Shown: one piece after another, positions 35,088-47,985 of the stretch | How the letters are laid out: every line of letters starts with the position of its first letter | Position numbering within the stretch: position 1 is the stretch's first letter | Source of the DNA: Candidatus Fermentibacteraceae bacterium | GTDB lineage: Bacteria > Fermentibacterota > Fermentibacteria > Fermentibacterales > JCC-6 | Direction of reading: 5' to 3' | DNA: 62,662 nt | NCBI GenBank assembly: GCA_046485185.1 | Contig: JAWOHL010000061.1 | Location: 1-62,662 of the forward strand | The notes under the pieces: model-generated | Told to the model about the DNA's origin: nothing | What the model saw: only the letters and a program-made list of their open reading frames with translations | Database searches by the model: none | Program-made: the position numbers and the translations under genes

Positions 35088-36853
35088 CTGTTCTTAAGAG
35101 CCAGCAGTGTAAGAACTTCAAGGTCTGAGGCCCGCACGCCGGGCAGTAAAGCGGCTTCCCTGATGGTCTCGGGTCTGCTTGTTTCGATTGCCTGTCGGGC
35201 TTCAATGGATATCCCCACGTCCCGGAAACCTTCGGGAAGAGGAAGGTCCCAGTGTTCCCGGACAGCCTTCCGGCGCCTTGTGTGCCTGCTGATATAGCCG
35301 TCGTATTTGATGTCGTTGAACGCTGTCTCCACACACTCGGGGTTCAGCCCCCCAATTCTGCTGTCCTTTTTCATAACGTCAGAGGGGGAGGCTTCGGGTC
35401 TTCTGCAGAGAGACTCGAGCCCTGCGGTACGGATCAGCTCATGGGCTTTTTTGTACTGCTTCAGGTGATCCTCGACAAGCGAAAGCCTGCGACCGCGCAG
35501 AACGCCAAGGTCACGGGCCAGCTTTTCAAGCCTTGCGTGGGCGTTGTCCTGTCTGAGGTGAAGCCTGTTTTCCGCCCGGCTGGAGAACAGGCGGTAGGGT
35601 TCATCTATTCCCTTTCGAACAAGGTCGCTCACCATTACACCCAGATAGCTCTCTTCCCTGTCCGGAACCACGCAGCCCTGGTCCATCGCCGTCCTTGCGG
35701 CGTTGGCTCCCGCGAGAAGCCCCAATGCGGCGGCTTCTTCGTAACCGGAGGTGCCAAGGATCTGCCCTGCGGCGAACAGGTTTTCAGTCCCCGAGAGGCG
35801 AAGCGACATGTCGAACTCACCCCAGGCAAGGCGGGAGTACTCAACAGCGTAACCGAACAAAGCTATCTCAACATTCTCCAACCCCTTTATGGTTCTCAGC
35901 ATTCTGTACTGCACATCCTGCGGCATGCTTGTTGAAAGACCGTTAAGGTAAGAGAGCCTCGATTCGGGGGAGAGCGGCTCGAGATGCACCGGGTGCTCGT
36001 GACGTTCAGGGAACTTCACCACCTTTGTTTCATAACTGGGGCAGTACCTGGGGCCTCTTCCTTCTATCCTCTTCCCGTATAGGGGCGATCTGTCGAGGTT
36101 TTCCAGAATGGCGCGGCCCGTTCTCTCATTGGTGCGCGCAAGATGGCACAGCATGCTGTTACGGACCGGCGAATCGCTTTCGAGGCTGAACCTGAACGGG
36201 AAGGTGTGGGCACTCTGGACCTCGAGCGCGTCGGTTTTCACGGTTCTGGTCACAACCCTGGGGGAGGTTCCGGTCTTGAAACGTTCCACGTGAAACAATC
36301 CGGACAGGAACCGGCCAAGGCTTACGGATGACAGCCCCCCCGCACGACCGCCAGGCCACCTCTCACCGCCACGGAAGAGAACTCCGCCAAGGTATGTTCC
36401 CGTGGCAAGCACAAATGCATCACCCGGTATCGATCGGCCGTCTTCAAGATCGACCGCCGTGAAACGACCGGATCCTCCGCAAAGCGAGCGCGCCATGCCT
36501 TCGACGATTGACACTCCCGCAGTGGTTAGGGCACTTCTTACAAACCCGGGGTAGCCCCCTGAATCCGCCTGAACCCTGGGTCCCCATACCGCGGGGCCCT
36601 TGCTGAGGTTGAGCATTCTGAACTGCAGTGACGCATAGTCGGCCGCTAGACCCATGACCCCGCCAAGAGCGTCAATCTCGCGTACCAGGCATCCTTTTGC
36701 AACTCCGCCTATGGCCGGGTTGCAGGGCATCACCGCAATGGCCGAAGGCTCAGCGGTGACAAGGACAGCCGAAGCCCCAACCCTGACAGCGGCAAGGGCC
36801 GCCTCGACCCCGGCGTGGCCGCCTCCCACAACGACAACGGTTCTATTTTCCAA
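35075..36853 (-). CDS. mnmG: tRNA uridine-5-carboxymethylaminomethyl modification enzyme MnmG/GidA
   Basis: TTG start; GGGHAGVEAA, PCNPAIGG, KGPAVW, GPRYCPS, AGQILGTSGYEEAAA, EPYRLFSSRAE. Confidence 0.95.
   Translation of the reverse strand: MENRTVVVVGGGHAGVEAALAAVRVGASAVLVTAEPSAIAVMPCNPAIGGVAKGCLVREIDALGGVMGLAADYASLQFRMLNLSKGPAVWGPRVQADSGGYPGFVRSALTTAGVSIVEGMARSLCGGSGRFTAVDLEDGRSIPGDAFVLATGTYLGGVLFRGGERWPGGRAGGLSSVSLGRFLSGLFHVERFKTGTSPRVVTRTVKTDALEVQSAHTFPFRFSLESDSPVRNSMLCHLARTNERTGRAILENLDRSPLYGKRIEGRGPRYCPSYETKVVKFPERHEHPVHLEPLSPESRLSYLNGLSTSMPQDVQYRMLRTIKGLENVEIALFGYAVEYSRLAWGEFDMSLRLSGTENLFAAGQILGTSGYEEAAALGLLAGANAARTAMDQGCVVPDREESYLGVMVSDLVRKGIDEPYRLFSSRAENRLHLRQDNAHARLEKLARDLGVLRGRRLSLVEDHLKQYKKAHELIRTAGLESLCRRPEASPSDVMKKDSRIGGLNPECVETAFNDIKYDGYISRHTRRRKAVREHWDLPLPEGFRDVGISIEARQAIETSRPETIREAALLPGVRASDLEVLTLLALKNRCST
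36282..36297. promoter_or_regulatory. parS site inside mnmG
   Basis: CGTTCCACGTGAAACA, 15/16 match to TGTTCCACGTGAAACA. Confidence 0.85.
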
Positions 36854-38048
36854 CGCAGAGGACGCTCAGAGCCCGTTCAACGGCATCAATGTCATGCCTG
36901 AACCCGGTCATCTCCACGGCTTTTTCTTCGGCTTCCCGCAGCAGCGCAGCCGCTATTCCCGGTTCGGTTTCAACGAAGTCTGCAGCATGCTCCAGCAGGG
37001 TCAGGATCTCTGATGCACTTTGCTCAACGGGCGAGGAGCCTGTGCTCAGCAGCTTTTCGCAGAGTGGCTCTCTGCCTTCCCCGCTCACCGAAGAAACCCG
37101 AAACCCCTCAAGCCGATGCGTATCACTCTTTGAAACGGCCAGAACAACACGGCCCGCGCTTCTTTCAATGGGTTCCGGCGGACTCTCCCCCTCGGGGCTC
37201 AGCCACAGTACGGTGTCATCGCTTGTGATCTCCCGGATCACATTGTCGAGGGCGATGCTGTCTATCCCTTCTCCGCCGAAGCCCGGAGTGTCCACGAGAA
37301 GAAACCTTCTTCCCATAAGCACGATCTCCCGACGGGCCCCGTCCCTTGTGGTACCCGGGGACGGGTCAACCAGAGCGACTTCTCCACCGCAAAGGCAGTT
37401 CATCAGTGTTGACTTCCCGGCGTTGACGCGCCCCATCAGGTACACCTTCATCACCCTTTGTAGTGAGTGTGTACTTGTCAGAAGGGCTTCGGCCGCTTCT
37501 TCGGCCCGTTGCAGGGCCGCTACGGGATTGGCTGCCGCCGGGCATGAATCGTCCTGAAACTCGATTGAGCCTTCCAGTGTTTCCAGGGCCTGCGAGACCC
37601 TTTCCTGAAGCTCAATGACCGCTTCTGGAAGGCGCGCCGAAGTGCTTCCCGTCTCCGTGGCGGCCGCGAGTTCAATGATCTGCTGCCCGCTGATCCTGCC
37701 GTTGCGCCAGGCTCTGGCGGTAAACTCTCCGGGCAGGGCGCTTCGTGCTCCCGCGCCCAGAACGGCTCCGTAAAGACGCGACACCCTCTCCGGAATGCCA
37801 TGGCACATCAGCTCCACCATTTCCTCGCCGGTGTAGCTTTTCCCTTCGGGCCATCCCAGCGCTACAGCATCACCAACACCGGGTATCTCCACGAGCAGCC
37901 TTCTCAATCCCGACAGCCTGCCTGCGGAAACACCGCAAAGGCCTTCCACAAGGGCTGCGGAACCGGGCCCCGAAAGCCTGACGACAGCCAGCGCCGAAAG
38001 CCCCGGAGGGGTGGCGACGGCGGCGATGATGTCGGTCGACGGGTTCAC
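36843..38048 (-). CDS. mnmE: tRNA modification GTPase MnmE/TrmE (short, divergent)
   Basis: IAAVATPPG..AVVRLSG, YTGE..E..CHG, PGEFT, GRVNAGKS, PGTTRD, DTPG, LCVGK. Confidence 0.88.
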   Translation of the reverse strand: MNPSTDIIAAVATPPGLSALAVVRLSGPGSAALVEGLCGVSAGRLSGLRRLLVEIPGVGDAVALGWPEGKSYTGEEMVELMCHGIPERVSRLYGAVLGAGARSALPGEFTARAWRNGRISGQQIIELAAATETGSTSARLPEAVIELQERVSQALETLEGSIEFQDDSCPAAANPVAALQRAEEAAEALLTSTHSLQRVMKVYLMGRVNAGKSTLMNCLCGGEVALVDPSPGTTRDGARREIVLMGRRFLLVDTPGFGGEGIDSIALDNVIREITSDDTVLWLSPEGESPPEPIERSAGRVVLAVSKSDTHRLEGFRVSSVSGEGREPLCEKLLSTGSSPVEQSASEILTLLEHAADFVETEPGIAAALLREAEEKAVEMTGFRHDIDAVERALSVLCVGK

Positions 38049-39619
38049 ACGGACTCTTCCGCCTGCATCTTCTTCTTTATTATTTCCTGGTTCACCATGC
38101 TGAGGATATTGTAAACCATCCAGTAGAGGTTGAGCCCAGCGGCGAACTTCATGAAGAAGTACCCCATCATCACGGGCATCAGGTACATCATACCCTTCTG
38201 CTGCTGCATGGATGCCGAGTTCATTTTCTGCTGTATCAGCATGAACGCCGCGGTCACAAGGGCCATGAGACCGATACCCTGAAGGCCCAGTATGGGCGAC
38301 TGGAAAGGAATGAGTATCTCGGGCCGGGAAAGGTCGGTCACCCAGAACACGAATGGCGCCCCCCTGAGTTCGACCGCATTCCCGAGAACCCTGTACATCG
38401 CAAAGAACACCGGCATTTGAAGTATCATGGGGAGACAGCCGCCGAGGGGGTTCGCGCCGGATTCCTTGTAGAGCTTCTGCATGGCGATCTGCTGCTTCTG
38501 GGGGTCGGAGGCGTACTTCTTCTGAATCTCCTTTATGGCCGGAGAGAGCTTCTGCATCTTCTGCATGGCCACATAGCTTTTTCGGGTGAGGGGCATCATC
38601 AATATCTGAAGGGTCACCGCGAGCACCATGATCCTCAGACCCCAGTTCCCGATGAATGACAGCACCCTTTCAAGGTACAGGAATATCAGCTGTGCAAGCT
38701 GCCGTATAACTGGAAAACCGAAATCGACAAGCTTCCCGGTGTCGCTTCCCAACTCGCTGAGAACGGTGTAGCCGACAGGTCCCGCGTAAACGGTAACGCT
38801 GTCAGTCTCGAGAGACACTTCGGGAGAGCCTCCCTCCCCCGGTGCCACGAAACCACTCACCCTCTCCCTGGAATGAGGGAGCAGAATGATACAGAAATAC
38901 CTCGAGGCCGCCGCGACCCAACGGCTGTTTCCGACGCCGTCGAACGCTTCTATCGAAGGAGCTTTTTTCCGGGTCATCTTGTTCGTGTACCAGTAGGCGG
39001 AGAAGTACTGCCTCATGTCTGCGTCTTCTTCGGTAACCGGGATGGCGCCGGCCTGTACTGTTATTACCTCGGAAAGCCCCTCATCAAATACATCGAATGC
39101 GTATGTTCCCGAATTGAATGTGAATATTCGTCTTGCCGAACCGTAACTGAAGATGATCTGGGTCTCGGAGGTTACCGTAACCGTATCCGGGCTTTCCGAG
39201 GAGAACGGAACCCTGGAGCCTGACGGTGTCATCACTGTGAGCCAGGGGTCTGCAGCGAGGTTCACCAGTGACCCGTCTCCGACGCCTGAAAGATCGGGGT
39301 ATCCGGCGAGCGACCACTTCGTCACGCATCCGCCGTCCGTGGAGAGTTCAGCATCCACAAGAACCACCCCGTCATCCATTATCCTCAAAACGATGCTTCG
39401 GGGGGGAGTGATGCTGTCCGGCAGTTCTGCGGGAAGTGAAACATCCTCGGGTTCCGATACCTGCACAAGCTCCTGCATCGCGACGGTATCGGGCCGGGCC
39501 GCTTCGGGTTCCCGGGCGGGGTCCGTTCCGCGGGGGCTTGCGAGAAACCAGCTCAAAGCAAGAACCGCCATCATGAGCGTGGCCGCGAGAAGCATTCTGG
39601 ACTGGTCACTCATTGCCAT
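38045..39619 (-). CDS. yidC: Membrane protein insertase YidC
   Basis: N-terminal TM, periplasmic domain, DFG, GNWGL, GGCLPMILQMPVF, LRGAPF..WVTDLS. Confidence 0.94.
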   Translation of the reverse strand: MAMSDQSRMLLAATLMMAVLALSWFLASPRGTDPAREPEAARPDTVAMQELVQVSEPEDVSLPAELPDSITPPRSIVLRIMDDGVVLVDAELSTDGGCVTKWSLAGYPDLSGVGDGSLVNLAADPWLTVMTPSGSRVPFSSESPDTVTVTSETQIIFSYGSARRIFTFNSGTYAFDVFDEGLSEVITVQAGAIPVTEEDADMRQYFSAYWYTNKMTRKKAPSIEAFDGVGNSRWVAAASRYFCIILLPHSRERVSGFVAPGEGGSPEVSLETDSVTVYAGPVGYTVLSELGSDTGKLVDFGFPVIRQLAQLIFLYLERVLSFIGNWGLRIMVLAVTLQILMMPLTRKSYVAMQKMQKLSPAIKEIQKKYASDPQKQQIAMQKLYKESGANPLGGCLPMILQMPVFFAMYRVLGNAVELRGAPFVFWVTDLSRPEILIPFQSPILGLQGIGLMALVTAAFMLIQQKMNSASMQQQKGMMYLMPVMMGYFFMKFAAGLNLYWMVYNILSMVNQEIIKKKMQAEESV

Positions 39620-39839
39620 TGTTCTTTTCCTCCGGTACAGGGTCGTATCCCCCCGAATTCCAGGGGTTGCATCTTAAAATCCTCTTCAGGGCGAGCATCG
39701 ATCCCTTCCATGCGCCGAACCTTTCAACCGCGGTTCTGGCGTATCCGCTGCACGTGGGGGTAAAGCGGCATGAACTCGGCAACAGCGGGGAAAGAAGCTT
39801 CCTGTATGCGTCTATCATCAGAATGATAATGCTCTTCAA
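39606..39839 (-). CDS. yidD: Membrane protein insertion efficiency factor
   Basis: SPLLPSSCRFTPTCSGY, RILRCNPW..GGYDPVP. Confidence 0.95.
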   Translation of the reverse strand: MKSIIILMIDAYRKLLSPLLPSSCRFTPTCSGYARTAVERFGAWKGSMLALKRILRCNPWNSGGYDPVPEEKNNGNE

Positions 39840-40213
39840 CGCCCGGCTGCCTTGAGAAGCATCGTGAAATCCTCACAAAGCGAACACCATCCTATTTCCC
39901 TGAGCTTCACCTGAGGCGTGACGACAGCGTCGAACCCCAACCCGGCCGGTGCTTCCCGCGCCAGGTGTCGCATCCTTCTTCTGAAGAGGTTCCTTTCCAC
40001 TGCATTCCCGGTCTTCCTTGAAACGGAAAACCCCAGGCGTATAATGCCCAGGGTGTTTCTGCAGTGTCTCGCCCGGATCACCCCGCCCTTGAAGCGCTGT
40101 CCAGATCTGAACAGACGCATGAATTCCGGGGTTTTCTTCAGGGTGAAGTGTGAGGCGCCGGTTCTGTCTGCCTCAGGGGACCAGTCTCTTACGGCCCTTC
40201 CGTCTTCTGGCAT
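39836..40213 (-). CDS. rnpA: Ribonuclease P protein component (start lies within rpmH)
   Basis: [33 protein letters not shown] (RNR motif); only canonical start is ATG 40213, preceded by AGGAAGG. Confidence 0.88.
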   Translation of the reverse strand: MPEDGRAVRDWSPEADRTGASHFTLKKTPEFMRLFRSGQRFKGGVIRARHCRNTLGIIRLGFSVSRKTGNAVERNLFRRRMRHLAREAPAGLGFDAVVTPQVKLREIGWCSLCEDFTMLLKAAGR

Positions 40214-40307
40214 TCAGAACCTTCCTGCCGCCCCGGGTGGCCATCCTGGCCCTGAACCCATGCTTTCTCACCCTGGAGATCCTGCTGGGTTGATAGGTTC
40301 TCTTCAT
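40173..40307 (-). CDS. rpmH: 50S ribosomal protein L34 (missing from ORF track, 44 aa)
   Basis: Manual translation: [44 protein letters not shown]. Confidence 0.97.
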   Translation of the reverse strand: MKRTYQPSRISRVRKHGFRARMATRGGRKVLNARRRKGRKRLVP

Positions 40308-40383
40308 AACCCGTTCCTTCTTGACTATGCCGGCGGCTGGTTGCCCCGGGAAACAGAAAAAGCGTATTCAAAAGGGAAGCGGA

Positions 40384-40412
40384 ATCTTACTATCGAGCAG
40401 GGCCGTTGTCAA
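40384..40412 (-). promoter_or_regulatory. sigma70 promoter for rpmH operon
   Basis: TTGACA (40412-40407) - 17 bp - TAAGAT (40389-40384). Confidence 0.75.
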
Positions 40413-40438
40413 GCTCTTTTTTGCCCTTGCCAAAGAAA

Positions 40439-40546
40439 AAGAAATCAACATGTTTTGTCTACCCCCGTACTCTCGGTTTTCTTATGTGTTTGTTGTATAA
40501 TTGTTTACCTGTTTTCTAGGGATGTTGAAAACCATGTTGATTTCTT
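40439..40546. repeat. 14-bp inverted repeat upstream of dnaA
   Basis: AAGAAATCAACATG (40439-40452) / CATGTTGATTTCTT (40533-40546), enclosing TATAAT at 40496-40501. Confidence 0.85.
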
Positions 40547-40586
40547 CTGACACCGTTGTGCGCAATCGCTTTACGACTGTTCTGCC

Positions 40587-41909
40587 GTGTCTTACCTGAG
40601 CGTCTCCCCCGAGGCCACCTGGTCCGAATGCCTCCTCAGAACCAGAGAGATAATGGGGTTGGACATCTACAACTCATGGCTCGCGGGTTCCAGGTTCGTC
40701 AGCTACGAGTACAACACCTTCACTGTGGCTTTCAAAGACGAGTTCAACGCCGGTTTCGTCTCGGCGCACTATTCCGAGAAGCTCCGTTCTATTCTCGCCG
40801 AGCTCCTTGATTGCCCCGACCTGCATTTCAGGGCCATCTCCGTTGTTCCCAGGAACCTTCCGACCCGGCGTGAGTCCATTCTTCCCACGATGCTTCGCGC
40901 GTCCTACACCTTCGAACGGTTCATTGTTGACGACAACAACCGCCTTGCTCACGCCACCGCGCTTTCTGCGGCGAAGAACATGGGTTCCGACATCGCCAAC
41001 CCTCTCTTCATCTACGGGGGCGTCGGGCTGGGAAAAACCCATCTCATCCAGGCTATAGCCCACTATGTGAGCACCCACAGGCCCGACCTCGTCTACCGCT
41101 ATATCTCCAGTGAGGCATTCTTGATTCAACTAGTGGCAGCGTTCAACAACAAAGGCACAATGGAGGAGTTCGAGCGTCGATTCCGGGATGTTCACTACCT
41201 GCTCATGGACGACGTGCAGTTCCTTGGGGGCAAGCAGGTTTCGGAACAGAAGCTCTTTCATATCTTCAACCACCTCTATCTTCAGGGAAGACAGATAGTT
41301 CTCACTTCCGACAGGCCGCCCCACGAGATCGAACCCCTTGAGGAACGACTGGTATCGAGGTTTCAATCCGGCATCGTTGCCGACATCAAACCCCCCGGTC
41401 TCGAAACAAGGGTCGCCATCCTCACCCAGATAACCAGGGAACGCAGCATTTCGATAGACGAAGACACCATGTACTTCATCGCGGACACGGTGAAATCCAA
41501 CATCAGACAACTCGAGGGGATGATCAACCTTCTCGCGGTCCGCTCGCAGATCCAGAACATCTCGATAACCCGTGATCTGGTGCGCAACATCATCGCCGAG
41601 TCCTTGGGGGCCGGGACCCGCCACCTTAACCCCGGCAGCATTACCGGCGCAGTGGCCGAAGCGTTTTCCATCAACCCGGCCCTGATCAGGGGAAAGCAGC
41701 GCAAAAGGGAGATACTGATACCAAGACAGGTTTCAATGCTGCTGATACGCGAGTTGACCGACACACCTCTCACGGAAATCGGGCGCTTCTTCACCGGCCG
41801 CGACCACTCAACGGTTCTCAACGCAATTGCCAGGATAAAGGAAATCCTTTCCGAGAACCCATCGCTCAAGCGTAAGGTTCAGGATATCCGGGACAACCTG
41901 ACGAGTTGA
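40587..41909 (+). CDS. dnaA: Chromosomal replication initiator
   Basis: YTFERF, NPLFIYGGVGLGKTHL, DDVQFL, SDRPP, SRF, GRDHSTV. Confidence 0.97.
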   Translation: MSYLSVSPEATWSECLLRTREIMGLDIYNSWLAGSRFVSYEYNTFTVAFKDEFNAGFVSAHYSEKLRSILAELLDCPDLHFRAISVVPRNLPTRRESILPTMLRASYTFERFIVDDNNRLAHATALSAAKNMGSDIANPLFIYGGVGLGKTHLIQAIAHYVSTHRPDLVYRYISSEAFLIQLVAAFNNKGTMEEFERRFRDVHYLLMDDVQFLGGKQVSEQKLFHIFNHLYLQGRQIVLTSDRPPHEIEPLEERLVSRFQSGIVADIKPPGLETRVAILTQITRERSISIDEDTMYFIADTVKSNIRQLEGMINLLAVRSQIQNISITRDLVRNIIAESLGAGTRHLNPGSITGAVAEAFSINPALIRGKQRKREILIPRQVSMLLIRELTDTPLTEIGRFFTGRDHSTVLNAIARIKEILSENPSLKRKVQDIRDNLTS

Positions 41910-42125
41910 AAATGTGGACAACCCCCTTTTTCTCTGTGGATACAGCTGTGGACTTTTCGCTCATAACCGATTCCTGTCCCTCTCTGTGGAAAAAGCCTGT
42001 TTTCCATGGTTCCTGTCCACATGTTTTCAACATATGGAATTCCTTGCCCCGCATCCCGGGAGCCTTACTTTTCCACAAATCCACGAGTATAATTGTGATG
42101 ACTATTCTTTAGATGTTTGAACACT
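41910..42125. other. Predicted oriC (dnaA-dnaN intergenic): DnaA-box cluster plus AT-rich unwinding element
   Basis: TGTGGACAA 41913, TGTGGATAC 41935, TGTGGACTT 41947, TGTGGAAAA 41985, CTGTCCACA 42013, TTTTCAACA 42024, TTTTCCACA 42069, then AT-rich 42086-42122. Confidence 0.85.
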
Positions 42126-42159
42126 ACCTCTCTGTAATCCTTCGGAAGGAGAGACGCAT

Positions 42160-43272
42160 ATGGTCAAGCTGCTCGTGTCGTACGGAGACCTTCTCAAGGG
42201 TCTCAGCATTGTCGCCAACGCTCTGCCGCCAAAAACAAGCCTCCCATCCCTGACGAACATCCTCCTCGAAACCGAGGCCGACAGGCTGTGTCTTGCCGCT
42301 ACCGATCTCGACACGTCGGTTACCACATCGGTTCCGGCCACCATCAGCACCCAGGGTTCCGTGGCCCTTCCGGGCAAGAAGCTCCTTGAGATAGTCAAAG
42401 AGCTTCCAGGTGGCGACATTCATATCGGGGGGTCGGGCAGCAGGATCACCATTTCCTGCGGGAACAGCAACTTCGTTCTCGCGGGAAGCAGCCGCGAGAG
42501 CTTTCCATCCCTCCCCTCGGCCGCTGATGTGGCCTTTACAGAGCTCCCTTTGAAGGCCGTATCCGACGCAGTAAGAAAGACAGCTTTCGCGGTGGCCTCT
42601 GACGACTACAGGCCGGCGCTGAACGGGGCACTCTGGAAAATGGGTTCAGAAGGGCTCGAAATGGTCGCCACTGACGGCCACCGGCTCGCCAGGATGCGCA
42701 TGAGCGGTCTTGTATCCGAAAAAGCACTGGATGCAATAGTGGCCCCCAAGGCCCTGAACCTCCTTGGCCGTCTGGGCGAGGACGAGAACATCATGCTGGG
42801 AAGCCAGGGAACCCAGATATGTTTCAAGTCCGGCGAAACCGCCGTATTCAGCCGCATAATCGAGGGTCCCTACCCGCCTTACGAAAAGGTCATCCCCAGC
42901 GAAAACCCCTACGTGCTGACCGTGAACCGGGTCGACCTCATCGCAAGCCTCAGACGAATGCGCATCATAGCCAACCCGGCCACCCACCAGGTCCGCTTCA
43001 CGCTCGAACCCGGAAAAATGATCCTGCAGGCTGAAAACACCGACGCCGGCGAAGCCAGGGAAGAGCTTCAGGCTCACTTCGACTCCGACCCCCTTCAGAT
43101 AGCCTTCAACGGAGACTTTCTCATGGAGATACTCAAGAACATGGACAGTGAATCCGTTCTTCTGAAGATAAAAGACGGCGCAACCGCGGTAGTGATCGAA
43201 GAACTCGAGCAGGACTCCGGCATGGAGTACCTTGCCCTCCTGATGCCGGTGCGCCTCGCGAATCCCGTGTAA
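42160..43272 (+). CDS. dnaN: DNA polymerase III beta sliding clamp
   Basis: ATDL, ALPGKKL, LNG, VATDGHRLA, RIIEGPYPPYEKVIP, IAFNG, LLMPVRL. Confidence 0.96.
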   Translation: MVKLLVSYGDLLKGLSIVANALPPKTSLPSLTNILLETEADRLCLAATDLDTSVTTSVPATISTQGSVALPGKKLLEIVKELPGGDIHIGGSGSRITISCGNSNFVLAGSSRESFPSLPSAADVAFTELPLKAVSDAVRKTAFAVASDDYRPALNGALWKMGSEGLEMVATDGHRLARMRMSGLVSEKALDAIVAPKALNLLGRLGEDENIMLGSQGTQICFKSGETAVFSRIIEGPYPPYEKVIPSENPYVLTVNRVDLIASLRRMRIIANPATHQVRFTLEPGKMILQAENTDAGEAREELQAHFDSDPLQIAFNGDFLMEILKNMDSESVLLKIKDGATAVVIEELEQDSGMEYLALLMPVRLANPV

Positions 43273-43290
43273 TGGAGGTTTTCGGAACCC

Positions 43291-47981
<4,691 letters not shown>

Positions 47982-47985
<4 letters not shown>

